Shown here piece by piece: positions 10,903 to 25,004 of a stretch of DNA of 64,000 nucleotides. The position numbers and the translations under genes are program-made. The stretch's first letter is position 1; each line of letters opens with the position of its first letter. Source of the DNA: an uncultured Thiomicrospira sp. (GTDB lineage: Bacteria > Pseudomonadota > Gammaproteobacteria > CAKMZV01). The DNA lies in the NCBI GenBank assembly GCA_965195345.1, contig OZ239628.1:224001-288000 (forward strand). Reading direction: 5' to 3'. The notes under the pieces are model-generated. The model saw only the letters and a program-made list of their open reading frames with translations. It was not told where the DNA came from and did not search any database.

Positions 10903-12093
10903 CATCAAAAAACGAATATGATGTGGTCGTTATAGGCGGAGGCAGCGGAGGCATTTCGATTGCAGAGTACACCGCAATGTACGGGAAAAAATGTGCAATC
11001 ATAGAAGGTTTGTACTGGGGCGGAACGTGCGTAAATGTTGGCTGTGTCCCTAAAAAATTATTTTGGCAAGCATCTAATACATATCGAAACCTTAATTATC
11101 TGAAAGGTTGGGGAATGTCCATAGAAAACAAGCATTTTGATTGGATGACATTTGCCGCCAACAGAGAAGAAAAAATTAATGAAATAGAACAATGGTACAC
11201 CACACACCTACAAGGCTTAGGAGTGGATTGTTTTAACGGATGGGGAAAGATAAAATCAAAAAACTGTGTAGAGGTAGAAGGAAAAGAGCTTACAGCTGAA
11301 AAGATCATTATTGCAACGGGAGGAAAACCAACCAAGCCGAAGAACATTCCGGGTGCAGAAATCGGCTGCATCTCCGATGATATTTTTTCTTGGAAAGAAC
11401 AGCCGAAAAAAGTGGTTATCGTGGGGTCAGGATACATTGCTCTTGAGTTTGCATTCATTCTTCAAAACTTAGGAACTCAAGTTACCTTAGTTATTCGAAA
11501 AGACCTACCTCTTTCAAGATTCGAGCCAGAGATAAAAGAGAGTATCGCCGAATACTTAAAAAAAGCGGGAGTAACGTTGCTTTGTAATAGCAATGTTTCA
11601 CGTGTAACAAAAGAACCAAATGAAGGAGTGGCGGTACATATTGATTCAGGGGAGAGAATAATTGTTGATCAATTGGTTTGGGCAATAGGACGCGAACCAA
11701 ACACTGACGGGTTGTCTGTTGAAAGTGCAGGCGTTCAACTAAAGGGTAAGCGTGTTATCACGGATAAATACAGTTGTACCAACATTGACAATGTTTTCGC
11801 GATTGGAGACGTGACAGATAGACCTCAACTTACCCCCGTTGCCATACAAGAAGGCAGAAGGTTAATAAAACGTCTGCTCGGCAATGAGAAGGAGGAGAGA
11901 ATAGACCTTAACTTTGTTCCTACCGTCGTTTTCACAACGCCACCGATAGCCGTCGTCGGAAAGATAGAGGAAGAAGCGATTAAGGAAGGCTTGGCGATTG
12001 ATGTTTATCGAAGCAAATTTTCCACGTTGTCTGATAGTTTACAGGGCAAGGGGGGAGAAGTCTTTATGAAACTGATCTGTGAAAAAGAGTCAA

Positions 12094-13958
<1,865 letters not shown>

Positions 13959-13977
<19 letters not shown>

Positions 13978-15680
13978 AAAACGCGGTTCTGTTTTGAAGA
14001 GTCTACGGGGATTTGTGAAGGGTCCGTATTCGGATCGTACAATATTCGTGATTGAGTGATGCCGTTTTCTAAAAGGAAATTTGCCACATTTAATGCCTGA
14101 CGGTTTGCAAGCCACTGGTTGAACTCTACAGAGGGGCCAGTCCCAGCGAAAACACTTAATTTGGCTTTATAGCTTGCTGATTGCATGCTTTCAACCACTG
14201 TCTTTAGTCGAGCTTGGTTTTCTGGAGAAATTCGAGAAGAGCCGGTATCAAAAGAGATTATGTTTGAAACGTTGACATCATTAGTTGCTTTTTGATTATT
14301 ATCTGCCGCCGCTCCAGATGAAGGCGGGCGAGCGGGCGGAAGAGCAAAAGAAGTCCCGAGGGGAATAGTAAACTCATTTTTAGTAAAAGCTTGTTGTCTG
14401 CTGTTAATCTCAGTATCTATTTCCTCTATCGTATTTTCAGGCGAAGGAGTGTTAGCGTTAGATGCGTCTGCTGGATTTACGAGATCATCTTGGGGGGCAT
14501 CATCGAGGTCATCCTGGGCAATGTCATAGAGGTCATTATCTATGAAGACAAACCTTTCCAACTCAATGATGTTGTTTGTATAGTTATCATCTACAGTCTC
14601 CAGTAGTTTTTTAGATTGTGAGAGAGATCTGTCAGAAAAATTAGGGTCGGCATCCGAAAACAAGGCGTCGCTTTCATCAGAAGATGCAAGCCTATCGTTG
14701 TCCGTAGTAGCACACCCAACGGAATCAACTATGGCTCCTAAACGTGAATCTGAGCAAAGGTCTTGAGAGTCAGGGATGCCATCCGAGTCAAAGTCGGCTT
14801 CTGCATTTTCACCTGCTGAGTCTTGAGAAAATAGAGCGTTGTTTTCACTGAGGTCCCCACTATCAATTAAGGATTGTAGGTTATTTGCGTCGCTTCCTGT
14901 TTCTATACCCTCCTCGTTTATGCTTCTTATGCCACCACCAGCAACGCTAATCTGGTCACCAGAATCTATTGAATCATCCGTTCTAATTTTATCGGTTGTC
15001 AAACTAAATCGATATGAAAGAGAGAGGCCTATATATTCATACCCGGATGCAGGGCGGGCTCCTAATAAAGTAAGCCCCCAACCGTTGGAGAGGAAATAGT
15101 TAAATCCTCCAGCTAAGGAGAGAGAGAGGGCATCAGGTTCTTGAATTGTAAGAGAGATGTTAGGATCTACGTCTTCGTGAGTAATTCTCACTGAGGCGAC
15201 TCCAGCTTCACCAAAAAAATGAAAGCCAAAGGTTCTATTAGGGTATGCATATCCTAATAGAGCACTAAAGGCAGAGCTTCGTAGACGGATTTCTGGAAAT
15301 AAGTTAGAGACAAAGGAGATTTGTGTATCACCATAAAAAGTGTAATCAAAGCGGGTGTAAAAATTCTCATAGAGTTGAATAGAAAGAGCCGCATGAAAAG
15401 GGTTGCCGGATGAGGAAATTCTTTCAGTGGCGCTCGCGCCTACATTAGAACCTCCAGCAGTGATTGAAGGCGTTATATTTGCGCTTCCTCTGCCAACATC
15501 AATGGAGAAATACTCTGCAACCGCATACAAATTTGGGGATAGTAACGCCAAAAATACACAAAGTCCTATGGTTTGAACTTCCTTCTTTATGGTAATTTTA
15601 TACGCCCTTGGAACAACAAAAGAAAGCATAAGCAAAGAAAATGTTGTAAACATAATAAAGTAGACTGCGTATGATCCCAT
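13959..15680 (-). CDS. Outer-membrane protein: beta-barrel + TSP3-like Ca-binding repeat + acidic linker + degenerate OmpA-like C-terminal domain
   Basis: Alternating aromatic strands ending YIGLSLSYRF; DFDSDGIPDSQDLC...VDSVGC; ISFDTGSSRI...NQWLANRQALNVANFL...GI...RI...QNRV; true start uncertain. Confidence 0.72.
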
Positions 15681-15729
15681 AAAAAAGAAAAAATATCAAG
15701 GGCTTATGCCAACTTTTTTATGCAAAACA

Positions 15730-16446
15730 TTAGGTATGTGTTTCGTTTATGATACTTAGTGCTTGTTGAAAGTCTTCTTTTGTGTCAATACCTATTGATG
15801 GCTTGTCGGTTTCTATCAACTTTATTTTGAATCCAGCATAAAGCCCCCTTAATTGTTCAAGTTGTTCTTGCTCCTCAATTTCACAAGGAGGGAGAGACTT
15901 CCAAGTCTCTAAAAATTTTCGATTATAAGCATAGACACCAACATGCTTGAAACCCCAAAAATCGCTATTTTCTTGAGGAAAGGGAATTGGACTGCGTGAG
16001 AAAAACATTCCATACGCATCATTATTAAAAACGACTTTAACAATGTTTGGATTTGTTAACTCGTTTTTTTCAAAAATTTTATGATATGCACTAACCCAAT
16101 AACTTCCATCTTGTAGCGTTGCACTGAGCTGACGGATGAGAACGGGGGAAATAAAGGGTTCATCTCCTTGAATGTTTATTATGTGTTCTGCATTCACTTT
16201 ACTGCAGGCTTCAGCAATACGAGAAGTTCCAGAGGTGTGTTTTTTCGTCATAATGACACGCGAGAACGTTGAGCAGGCATCGGCAATGTTTTGGTCTTCT
16301 GTTGCGATATAAACATCGCCCACATCCGCCTCAATAGCACGGTTATAGACATGTTGAATGACAGGAATATCCCCCAATTGAAGCAAAAGTTTTCCGGGAA
16401 GGCGGGTCGAGTGAAAACGAGCAGGAATGATAATTGCAGTACGCAT
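15730..16446 (-). CDS. kdsB: 3-deoxy-manno-octulosonate cytidylyltransferase
   Basis: IIPARFHSTRLPGK, SGTSR, NIQGDEP, EQLEQLR. Confidence 0.95.
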   Translation of the reverse strand: MRTAIIIPARFHSTRLPGKLLLQLGDIPVIQHVYNRAIEADVGDVYIATEDQNIADACSTFSRVIMTKKHTSGTSRIAEACSKVNAEHIINIQGDEPFISPVLIRQLSATLQDGSYWVSAYHKIFEKNELTNPNIVKVVFNNDAYGMFFSRSPIPFPQENSDFWGFKHVGVYAYNRKFLETWKSLPPCEIEEQEQLEQLRGLYAGFKIKLIETDKPSIGIDTKEDFQQALSIINETHT

Positions 16447-16458
16447 GATCTTAATGGC

Positions 16459-18159
16459 TTATGCTAACAACGCAATCGCCTCATCAATATCTAATATCTG
16501 TATAGCATCAAGAACGCGACTTTTATGTTCTACTTTCTTCTCATCAATCAACTTGGGGCTGATTACTAAGCGATGCGGAATACCAATCAAATCAAGTTCT
16601 GCGAACTTCACTCCAGGGCGTTCGTCGCGATCATCCAACAAAACGTCAACCCCTTTATCGAGCAGCATCGAATAGATATCGTTACACACATTGATTACTC
16701 TGGGGTCTTTATGCGCGTTTAAAGGTACGATCACAACCTCAAATGGAGCAACATTCATTGGCCATATAATGCCCTTTTCATCATGAAATTGTTCAATAGT
16801 GGACGGAACAAGTCTGGATACCCCTATCCCGTAGCAACCCATTAAAGGGGTGATTGGTTTTCCAGTTTTGTCGAGCGAACTTAATTGCATTGACTTGGAG
16901 TATTTATCACCTAACATGAAAATATGCCCCACCTCGATGCCTCGCTTAATCTGTAAAACGCCCTTTCCATCAGGGCTTGGGTCTCCGTCAGTAACGTTGC
17001 GAATATCTTCAATTTCAGGCAGCTCAACATCACGCCCCCAATTAATATTGAAATAATGCCAATCGTCTTCGTTTGCCCCTGCTGAAAAGTCACTCATGAC
17101 AGCAACGGCACGATCAACAATCAACGGTATTGGCAAACCGACAGGTCCAAGAGAGCCCGGTTTTGCTCCAATAGCCAGAGCAATATCTTCTTCTGATGCC
17201 ATTGTTAGAGGCTTGGCTATTTGGGGCAACTTTTCCGCTTTGACTGCATTCAATTGATGATCTCCTCTAACCAGTAGGGCAATCAGATTAGAAGGCTGTC
17301 CATCATCCGCGTTGACGATAAGCGTTTTAACGGTTTTTTCAATAGGAATGTCAAAGTTTTTTACTAAAGCGGCGATAGTTTTTTCATTGGGCGTATGTAC
17401 GCGTGCCATTTCCTCAGAGGGTGCTGGTCGTTCCGAGTGGCATACCGCTTCAGCAACTTCCATATTTGCCGCATAATCACTGTCTGAAGAAACAACAATC
17501 GCGTCTTCACCGCTTTTTGCTAATACGTGAAATTCTTGAGAAGTGCTGCCACCAATGGAGCCTCCATCGGCTCGAACGGCTCTAAAATCAAGACCAATTC
17601 GAGATAAAATATCGGAATAGGCTGTGTGCATTGCACGATAACTTTTTTCCAAACATGCATCATCCATATTGAAGGAATACGCATCTTTCATAGTAAATTC
17701 GCGCGCGCGCATTAAACCAAATCGAGGGCGAATCTCATCACGGAATTTTGTCTGAATTTGATAAAGGTTAAGCGGCAACTGCTTGTAACTTTTCAAAATA
17801 CTACGTAAATAATCGGTTACAACTTCTTCATGTGTTGGTCCAAGACAAAAAGAACGCCCATGACGATCAGGAAAGCGCAACAATTCTGGACCATAATCAA
17901 CCCACCGCCCGGATTCTTCCCATAATTCTGCCGGCTGAACCATCGGCATAATAATTTCCAACGCGCCGCTTTTGTTCATTTCTTCTCGAACGATATTCTC
18001 TATCTTGCGATAAACACGCGTCCCTAAAGGGGTCCAAGTATATAACCCACTTGCGAGCATTTTAATCATTCCTGCGCGCAACATCAGCTGATGGCTGATG
18101 GTTTCTGCTTCAGACGGAGTTTCTTTTAAAGTGTTAATAACAAATTTCGATGCACGCAT
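16459..18159 (-). CDS. proS: Proline--tRNA ligase
   Basis: [29 protein letters not shown] editing domain, [10 protein letters not shown]. Confidence 0.98.
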   Translation of the reverse strand: MRASKFVINTLKETPSEAETISHQLMLRAGMIKMLASGLYTWTPLGTRVYRKIENIVREEMNKSGALEIIMPMVQPAELWEESGRWVDYGPELLRFPDRHGRSFCLGPTHEEVVTDYLRSILKSYKQLPLNLYQIQTKFRDEIRPRFGLMRAREFTMKDAYSFNMDDACLEKSYRAMHTAYSDILSRIGLDFRAVRADGGSIGGSTSQEFHVLAKSGEDAIVVSSDSDYAANMEVAEAVCHSERPAPSEEMARVHTPNEKTIAALVKNFDIPIEKTVKTLIVNADDGQPSNLIALLVRGDHQLNAVKAEKLPQIAKPLTMASEEDIALAIGAKPGSLGPVGLPIPLIVDRAVAVMSDFSAGANEDDWHYFNINWGRDVELPEIEDIRNVTDGDPSPDGKGVLQIKRGIEVGHIFMLGDKYSKSMQLSSLDKTGKPITPLMGCYGIGVSRLVPSTIEQFHDEKGIIWPMNVAPFEVVIVPLNAHKDPRVINVCNDIYSMLLDKGVDVLLDDRDERPGVKFAELDLIGIPHRLVISPKLIDEKKVEHKSRVLDAIQILDIDEAIALLA

Positions 18160-18267
18160 ATTGGAAAAGTAGTTTTAAAGTTGACAACCCCTTATTTTAC
18201 TGTATGCTATTCGGTAGCAAGTCATGCAAACAGCGGAAAATTGAAATTGATCCTCAAAGGAGAATAT

Positions 18268-20307
18268 TTAAACGGAAATATAGCTGCTATCTGAGGAATA
18301 CCATTTGTCAATCAACAGATTTGCTGTTTCGGGTTGGCTTTTCAGTAAATGCCCGCAAACGCTATGAACGGCGGGCAAAAGATCCTTATCACGACTTAAA
18401 TCGGCAACCTTGAAAAGCAAATTCCCCGTTTGCCTTGTTCCGAGCAACTCGCCTGCTCCTCGAAGAGACAAATCCTTTTCAGCCAACAAAAACCCATCCT
18501 GTGAGTCCCGCAATATTTGCAGACGAGCTTGTGCAATTTGACTTAATGGAGGGGAGTACAGAAGCAGGCACTGGCTTTGCACTTCGCCACGACCAACGCG
18601 CCCTCGCAACTGATGAAGTTGAGCCAGTCCAAGACGCTCAGCATTTTCAATCACAATAATACTTGCATTGGGAACATCAACCCCGACCTCTATAACCGTT
18701 GTCGCAACCAATATTTGTAATGTCCCGTGAATGAATTTTTGCATTGTTTCACGTTTTTCTTTCGCTTTCATCCGACCGTGAATCATTCCAATCGATACTT
18801 CAGGCAAAGATGCTTGTAATGCATCAAATCTTGTTGTTGCAGACTGCGCATCGATTGCCTCAGACTCATCGATTAACGGACACACCCAGTAAGCCTGCTT
18901 GCCTAATAAACACTGCTGATGCAACCGAACCAACAGCTCTTGATATTTTTCAGTGCTCAAAACAGACGTTTGAATTGGCTTTCGGTTGGAAGGAAGTTGT
19001 TGAATAATCGATTGGCTTAGATCCCCATAAAAAGTCATTGCTAAGGTTCTGGGAATCGGTGTTGCACTCATTATCAATTGATGGGGCGGGGTTTTAGCCT
19101 TTTCTGAAAGCTGCATTCTTTGGTCAACACCAAATCGGTGCTGTTCATCTATAACAACAAGCGCAAGATTCTTAAACTGAAAATTCTCTTGAAATAAAGC
19201 ATGCGTGCCGATAAAAATACAACAGCGATTTTTTGTTTCCGATATTGGTTTTGATGATGAAGAAACCAAAGCAACCTCAATACCTAAAGCATTAAACCAT
19301 GCAGAAAATGTTTGAAAATGTTGTTGAGCTAAAAGCTCTGTTGGTGCCATTAAAGCACCTTGATAACCCTCAGCGGCAGCCATAAGTAGAGCTGCTGCCG
19401 AAACAACGGTTTTGCCACAGCCGACATCGCCTTGCAACAATCGCAGCATGGGCGTGCGCTTTTGAACATCACTGCAAATATCTTCAATGGCACTTTGTTG
19501 ATCTTGTGTGAGCGTGAACGGCAGATTTTGTATAAAAAGGTCTTTTAAGGCGGTACTTTTAAGAGGCAATGCGTTTTTGCTCTGATTGTTTTTTCGAAAT
19601 GCCAGCAGGCTTAAATGTTGCGCACAAAGCTCTTCTACAGCGATTCTGCGATGGTATTTACTACAAAAATTTGCAAATTCATCCATTGACTCTTCAATCG
19701 ATGGTCGATGCAGTGAATGAATTGCATCATAGAAGGAACAAGAAATATTAGGGAAAGCAGTATCCAAATGCGAAGCATCATTGGGCATGCCTGCAAGAAC
19801 AAAAGCAAGGCATTTGCGCATAAAAGGCTGATGCAATCCCTCCGTTAAAGGATACACCGCTAACCAATAATTGGGTAATTGAGGTTCTTTATCCACCCAT
19901 GTTATTTCAGGGTGAACGATTTCAAAGCACTGCGCACCTTCGCGAACAACCCCAAAACATCGAAGAGCTCTACCATGTGAAAATGCTCTTGCCATTGAGG
20001 TGTGGAAGTTAAAAAAGCGCAAATTTAAAATGCCGCTATCATCGCGAACACTGACAAGAAGCATGTTTTGTCTCTTTCCGATCAGCTTTTGACGAAAAAC
20101 AGTTCCCTGAAATAAGCTCCTATTGCCTTCTGAAGCCGCCGCTATAGGAATGACGCAACTTCGATCTTCATATCGAAACGGCAGGTGCAATAAAACATCG
20201 AAATAAGTTCTTATATTAAGGCGATCAAGTTTTTCGGCAACCTTTTCTCCAACACCCGGAATATTTGTAACAGGCAGATGAAAATAAAGACGACCCGCAT
20301 CCATCAA
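18268..20307 (-). CDS. recG: ATP-dependent DNA helicase RecG
   Basis: QGDVGCGKT, DEQHRFG, MSATPIPRTL, QLRGRVGRG, TRG motif. Confidence 0.97.
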   Translation of the reverse strand: MMDAGRLYFHLPVTNIPGVGEKVAEKLDRLNIRTYFDVLLHLPFRYEDRSCVIPIAAASEGNRSLFQGTVFRQKLIGKRQNMLLVSVRDDSGILNLRFFNFHTSMARAFSHGRALRCFGVVREGAQCFEIVHPEITWVDKEPQLPNYWLAVYPLTEGLHQPFMRKCLAFVLAGMPNDASHLDTAFPNISCSFYDAIHSLHRPSIEESMDEFANFCSKYHRRIAVEELCAQHLSLLAFRKNNQSKNALPLKSTALKDLFIQNLPFTLTQDQQSAIEDICSDVQKRTPMLRLLQGDVGCGKTVVSAAALLMAAAEGYQGALMAPTELLAQQHFQTFSAWFNALGIEVALVSSSSKPISETKNRCCIFIGTHALFQENFQFKNLALVVIDEQHRFGVDQRMQLSEKAKTPPHQLIMSATPIPRTLAMTFYGDLSQSIIQQLPSNRKPIQTSVLSTEKYQELLVRLHQQCLLGKQAYWVCPLIDESEAIDAQSATTRFDALQASLPEVSIGMIHGRMKAKEKRETMQKFIHGTLQILVATTVIEVGVDVPNASIIVIENAERLGLAQLHQLRGRVGRGEVQSQCLLLYSPPLSQIAQARLQILRDSQDGFLLAEKDLSLRGAGELLGTRQTGNLLFKVADLSRDKDLLPAVHSVCGHLLKSQPETANLLIDKWYSSDSSYISV

Positions 20308-20310
20308 GCG

Positions 20311-20688
20311 TCAGAGTGCCATTATACCGTCCATTTCGACACGTGAATCCTTAGGCAGAGCGGCAACACCGATAGCAGCTCTTGCAGGATATGGTTGGTC
20401 AAAATAGCTCGCCATGATTTCATTCACAGTAGCAAAACAAGACAAATCAACAAGGAAGATATTGAGCTTAGCAATATCGTTGAGATTGCCCCCTGATGCC
20501 TCGCATACCGCTTGCAGGTTTTTAAATACTTGGTGAATTTCTGCCTCAATCGAATCGTTTACTAACGTCATTGTTTTGGGACAAAGGGGAATTTGCCCAG
20601 ACAAATAAACGGTTGACCCGACTTTAACAGCTTGGGAATAAGTGCCTACAGCGGCGGGCGCATTATTGGTTTGGATAATTTTTTTCAT
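20311..20688 (-). CDS. ridA: RidA family enamine/imine deaminase
   Basis: [27 protein letters not shown]. Confidence 0.9.
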   Translation of the reverse strand: MKKIIQTNNAPAAVGTYSQAVKVGSTVYLSGQIPLCPKTMTLVNDSIEAEIHQVFKNLQAVCEASGGNLNDIAKLNIFLVDLSCFATVNEIMASYFDQPYPARAAIGVAALPKDSRVEMDGIMAL

Positions 20689-20830
20689 TGAGTTGCACAT
20701 TAAAATTAAGAGATTTAAAAATAGAACTGGACACCCATCTTATTATAGAAGAAAATCCATCCTTCATAGGAATACAAATAGCGGAATATGCAACAGCATA
20801 TTAACAAAAGTTGACTTTGTAGAGGCTTTA

Positions 20831-21589
20831 ATGGGAACTTTCACTGGAAATATAAGCATGTTTGTAATAAATGTTATTATCGCGGTACTTATTCTTGGCG
20901 CAGGAATTTGGGCAGCAAAAAAATTGAGCGCACTCCTCAAAAACCGACTGCAGGATAGATTTGAAGACGGGGTAATCGCACTACTAAGCAATTTGGTTTA
21001 TTGGGTAATAATTGGCACCACAAGCATTGCAGCTCTTACTCAAGTCGGCATAGAAGCAACCATCTTTATAGTAGCAATCGCGGCGGTACTTTTGATAATT
21101 GGACTTGCTTTGCAAGGCGTTCTCACGAATATAACAGCAGGCGTTCTTATAAATATTCTAAAGCCCTTTAAAACAGGCGACTATATCGAAGCGGGCGATA
21201 ACGAAGGCGTAGTACACAACATTCAGATGCTCGCAACCGAATTACTAACTCCAGACAATAGAAGAATTATTGTGCCAAACGCCCTCCTTATGCAGTCAAC
21301 AATAGTCAATCAATCATCTGAAGAGACACGCCGCATTGATTGGGTTTTTCACATAGGGCATGAAGATGATATTGATCGCGTTCGCATGGAATTGAAGCAA
21401 ATACTTGAAGCCAATGAAAAAGTGAGAAACGATTCAGAACCCTTGATATTAGTAAGCGGATTTGCCGATAAAAAAGTATCGCTCACAGTACAAGCGTGGG
21501 TGGACACGAGCGATTACTCAGAAGTGTTTTACACAATCTTTGAGCAATTTAAAAAACGGCTGGACGCATTGGGAATAAGCCTGTCTTAA
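20831..21589 (+). CDS. mscS: Small-conductance mechanosensitive channel
   Basis: Three TM segments, IGLALQG..TN, KPFKTGD, DNRRIIVPN; start inferred at ATG 20831 after agagg. Confidence 0.85.
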   Translation: MGTFTGNISMFVINVIIAVLILGAGIWAAKKLSALLKNRLQDRFEDGVIALLSNLVYWVIIGTTSIAALTQVGIEATIFIVAIAAVLLIIGLALQGVLTNITAGVLINILKPFKTGDYIEAGDNEGVVHNIQMLATELLTPDNRRIIVPNALLMQSTIVNQSSEETRRIDWVFHIGHEDDIDRVRMELKQILEANEKVRNDSEPLILVSGFADKKVSLTVQAWVDTSDYSEVFYTIFEQFKKRLDALGISLS

Positions 21590-21660
21590 TATTTCAAATC
21601 ATTTTCAAAACGCGCTCAAAACGCTTTCAAAAGAAGCACGACCATCAGATGCGTCTAAAT

Positions 21661-21689
21661 TTAAGAAATTTGCATATTGAGAGTATAAT
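21661..21689 (+). promoter_or_regulatory. Sigma70 promoter of rnpB
   Basis: TTAAGA-17 bp-TATAAT ending 6 nt before the RNase P RNA 5' end. Confidence 0.6.
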
Positions 21690-21695
21690 TACCCC

Positions 21696-22030
21696 GAGTT
21701 GGTCAGACAATCGCTGTACGCAGAGGAAAGTCCGGGCTTCGTAGAGCGCAATGCCAGGTAACGCCTGGGCAACGTGAGTTGACGGAAAGTGCCACAGAAA
21801 AGATACCGCCAGAAATGGTAAGGGTGAAATGGTGCGGTAAGAGCGCACCGCGGCTTTGGCAACAGAGCTGGCAAGGTAAACCCCATTGGAAGCAAGGCCA
21901 AATAGGAAGGTTCGCGAAAGCAAAGTGCGGCTCGCACTTAATCTTCGGGTAGGCTGCAAAGATGGATTTTGTGAAAAATCCACAAGATGAATGATTGTCC
22001 TAGACAGAACCCGGCTTATCGACCAACTCA
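21696..22030 (+). ncRNA. rnpB: RNase P RNA, bacterial type A
   Basis: P1 GAGTTGGTC/GACCAACTC, GAGGAAAGTCCGGGC, GGAAAGTGCCACAGAAA, GGTAAACCCC, ACAGAACCCGGCTTA. Confidence 0.98.
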
Positions 22031-22189
22031 CCTCATACCCAGCATACCCCTAAGAACGATAAGCGCAAGAAGTCGCCTAAGGGGATAAGAAAGGAACAGA
22101 CAAGCGCATTATTATTCAAATAACACCAAACTGAATGCCGAGAATATAACAACTTTAATGATTTTAAGCGAACTTAATAGGAATTTAGC

Positions 22190-23731
22190 ATGAAAAGCAC
22201 GCAACAACGCGCTGAATTACAACGCCACATCTGGCAAATTGCGAATGATGTTCGTGGTTCAGTGGATGGCTGGGATTTTAAGCAATATGTGCTTGGCACT
22301 TTGTTTTATCGTTTCATTAGTGAAAACTTTGCCCGTTATATGCAAGGAGGGGATAGCAGCGTTAATTATGCGGAGCTTAGCGACGATATTATTACGGATG
22401 CGATTAAGATGGACGCGATTAAAAGCAAAGGCTATATCATCTACCCCAGCCAACTATTTACCAACATCACCGCAAAAGCTCATGATAATCAAAGCCTCAA
22501 CACCGACTTAGCAAAGATATTTAACGATATTGAAAGCTCGGCAAATGGTTATCGCTCTGAGAAGGATATTAGAGGCTTGTTTGCTGATTTCGATACCACC
22601 AGTAACCGCTTGGGCAATACCGTCACTGATAAAAATACCCGACTAACTGCAGTGCTCAAAGGCGTGGAAAAACTAAACTTTGGCGAATTTGAAGACAATC
22701 AAATTGACTTATTTGGCGATGCTTATGAGTTTTTAATCTCAAATTATGCAGCAAATGCGGGTAAATCAGGGGGCGAGTTCTTTACGCCACAGCATGTCTC
22801 AAAACTCATTGCCCAGCTTGCCATGCACAAGCAAGACAAAGTGAATAAAATCTATGATCCCGCTTGTGGCTCAGGCTCGTTATTACTACAAGCTAAAAAA
22901 CAGTTTGACAATCATATTGTTAAAGAGGGGTTTTTTGGTCAAGAAATCAACCACACCACCTACAACCTTGCGCGTATGAATATGTTTTTGCATAACATCA
23001 ATTACGACAAGTTTAATATGGTGTTAGGAAACACTCTAATAGACCCCCATTTTGGCGATGATAAACCCTTTGACGCTATCGTTTCTAACCCGCCTTATTC
23101 GGTTAACTGGATTGGCTCAGACGATCCAACCCTCATCAACGATGACCGCTTTGCGCCCGCAGGAGTGCTTGCCCCCAAATCCAAAGCCGATTTCGCCTTT
23201 GTCCTGCATGCTTTGAGTTACTTATCCCCTAAAGGTCGGGCGGCAATTGTGTGCTTTCCCGGTATTTTCTATCGTGGCGGTGCAGAGCAGAAAATCCGCA
23301 AATACTTAATAGATGAAAATTATATAGAAAGCATTATTTCCCTCGCACCGAATTTATTTTACGGCACGTCAATCGCAGTCAATATCTTGGTGTTATCCAA
23401 ACACAAAACCGACAACAATACCCAATTTATTGATGCCAGTGGTTTATTTAAAAAACAAACCAACAATAACATCCTCACCGATGAACACATCACACAACTT
23501 ATGAAAGTGTTTGATAGCAAAGACAATATTGAACACTTTGCCCAATCAGTGGATTATGACGCCATCGCCAAGAACGATTACAACCTATCGGTTAGCAGCT
23601 ACGTAGAAGCCAAGGACACCCGCGAAGTCATTGATATAAACAAACTCAATGCCGAATTAAAGACCACTGTCGCCAATATAGACAAACTACGCACCGATAT
23701 TGACGCCATCGTGGCGCAAATTGACCCATGA
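22190..23731 (+). CDS. hsdM: Type I (IC-like) restriction-modification methyltransferase subunit
   Basis: [38 protein letters not shown]. Confidence 0.97.
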   Translation: MKSTQQRAELQRHIWQIANDVRGSVDGWDFKQYVLGTLFYRFISENFARYMQGGDSSVNYAELSDDIITDAIKMDAIKSKGYIIYPSQLFTNITAKAHDNQSLNTDLAKIFNDIESSANGYRSEKDIRGLFADFDTTSNRLGNTVTDKNTRLTAVLKGVEKLNFGEFEDNQIDLFGDAYEFLISNYAANAGKSGGEFFTPQHVSKLIAQLAMHKQDKVNKIYDPACGSGSLLLQAKKQFDNHIVKEGFFGQEINHTTYNLARMNMFLHNINYDKFNMVLGNTLIDPHFGDDKPFDAIVSNPPYSVNWIGSDDPTLINDDRFAPAGVLAPKSKADFAFVLHALSYLSPKGRAAIVCFPGIFYRGGAEQKIRKYLIDENYIESIISLAPNLFYGTSIAVNILVLSKHKTDNNTQFIDASGLFKKQTNNNILTDEHITQLMKVFDSKDNIEHFAQSVDYDAIAKNDYNLSVSSYVEAKDTREVIDINKLNAELKTTVANIDKLRTDIDAIVAQIDP

Positions 23732-25002
23732 GCGCGTTAAGTTTTTTAGAAAAACTGCTGGACGGCGCTGACGTGACGTGGCGTCCGTTGGGGGATATTT
23801 GTGAAATTAGAAATGGCTATACTCCTACAAAAAATAAGTCTGAACTTTGGAATAATGGAACTATCCCTTGGTTTCGCATGGAAGATATACGTAAACATGG
23901 TAGAGTTCTAAGCAATTCAATTCAGCATGTTACTCCGACGGCTGTAAAGTCAGGCAGATTATTTCCCGCAAATTCGATTATTATTTCTACTACCGCTACT
24001 ATTGGAGAGCATGCTTTAATTACTACAGATTTTCTTTGCAACCAACAGTTAACTGTTTTAAGTATTAAGGGTAAAGCAAAAAAACACCTTAATTATAAAT
24101 ATTTTTTTTACTACAGTTTTATACTCGGTGAGTTATTCAAAAAAAATGTTAATCCAACAGGTTTCGCACTAATTGGAACTACAAAAATAAAAACATTTCA
24201 AATCCCCATTCCATGCCCTGATAATCCTGAAAAATCGCTGGCAATACAAGCGGAGATTGTGCGCATTTTGGACAGCTTTACCGAGCTAACCACCGAGCTA
24301 ACCACCGAGCTAACCACCCGTAAAAAACAATACACCTATTACCGCGACAAACTGCTTACCTTTAAAGACAACGCAGTGGAATGGAAAACCTTAGGGGAAG
24401 TAGCAACTGTTCAACGCGGTGCTTCACCAAGACCAATAGCACAATACATAACAGATGATAAAGATGGTGTACCTTGGATCAAAATTGGTGATACCTCGTT
24501 AGGTTCTAAATATGTTCATAATACAGCTCAGAGAGTTACTAAAGAGGGAGCAAAAAAATCAAGATTATTGAAAAAAGGTGATTTTATTATTTCTAATTCA
24601 ATGAGCTTTGGTCGTCCTTATATCCTCAAAATAGATGGAGCTATTCATGATGGTTGGGCTTCAATTAGCGCATTCGAGGAATATTTAAACGCGGATTTTT
24701 TCTATCACTATTTATCATCCAACCTTGTTCAAAATTATTGGTTAAGTAAGATTAACAGTGGCTCTGTCAGCAATTTAAACGCTGATATTATTAAAGCCCT
24801 GAAAATCCCAATTCCATACTCAGACAACCCAGAGAAGTCCCTCGCAGAACAAGCACGCATTGTTGCCATCCTCGATAAATTCGATACCCTTACCCACTCC
24901 ATTAGCGAGGGTTTACCGCGTGAAATTGCATTGCGCCAAAAACAATACGAACATTACCGCGACCAATTATTAACCTTTCCCAAACCAAAGGAGTCAACGT
25001 AA
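23728..25002 (+). CDS. hsdS: Type I (IC-like) specificity subunit
   Basis: Two TRDs, repeated [16 protein letters not shown] conserved regions, (T)TEL repeats, RKKQYxYYRD. Confidence 0.95.
   Translation: MSALSFLEKLLDGADVTWRPLGDICEIRNGYTPTKNKSELWNNGTIPWFRMEDIRKHGRVLSNSIQHVTPTAVKSGRLFPANSIIISTTATIGEHALITTDFLCNQQLTVLSIKGKAKKHLNYKYFFYYSFILGELFKKNVNPTGFALIGTTKIKTFQIPIPCPDNPEKSLAIQAEIVRILDSFTELTTELTTELTTRKKQYTYYRDKLLTFKDNAVEWKTLGEVATVQRGASPRPIAQYITDDKDGVPWIKIGDTSLGSKYVHNTAQRVTKEGAKKSRLLKKGDFIISNSMSFGRPYILKIDGAIHDGWASISAFEEYLNADFFYHYLSSNLVQNYWLSKINSGSVSNLNADIIKALKIPIPYSDNPEKSLAEQARIVAILDKFDTLTHSISEGLPREIALRQKQYEHYRDQLLTFPKPKEST
24280..24318 (+). repeat. 12-bp repeat ACCGAGCTAACC x3 in hsdS (TAEL-type spacer repeat)
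   Basis: Three exact copies at 24280, 24292 and 24304 encoding [12 protein letters not shown]. Confidence 0.92.
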
Positions 25003-25004
25003 TT

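Noticed and set aside
21645-22031. Two minus-strand ORFs (128 aa and 82 aa)
   Set aside because: Antisense shadows of RNase P RNA
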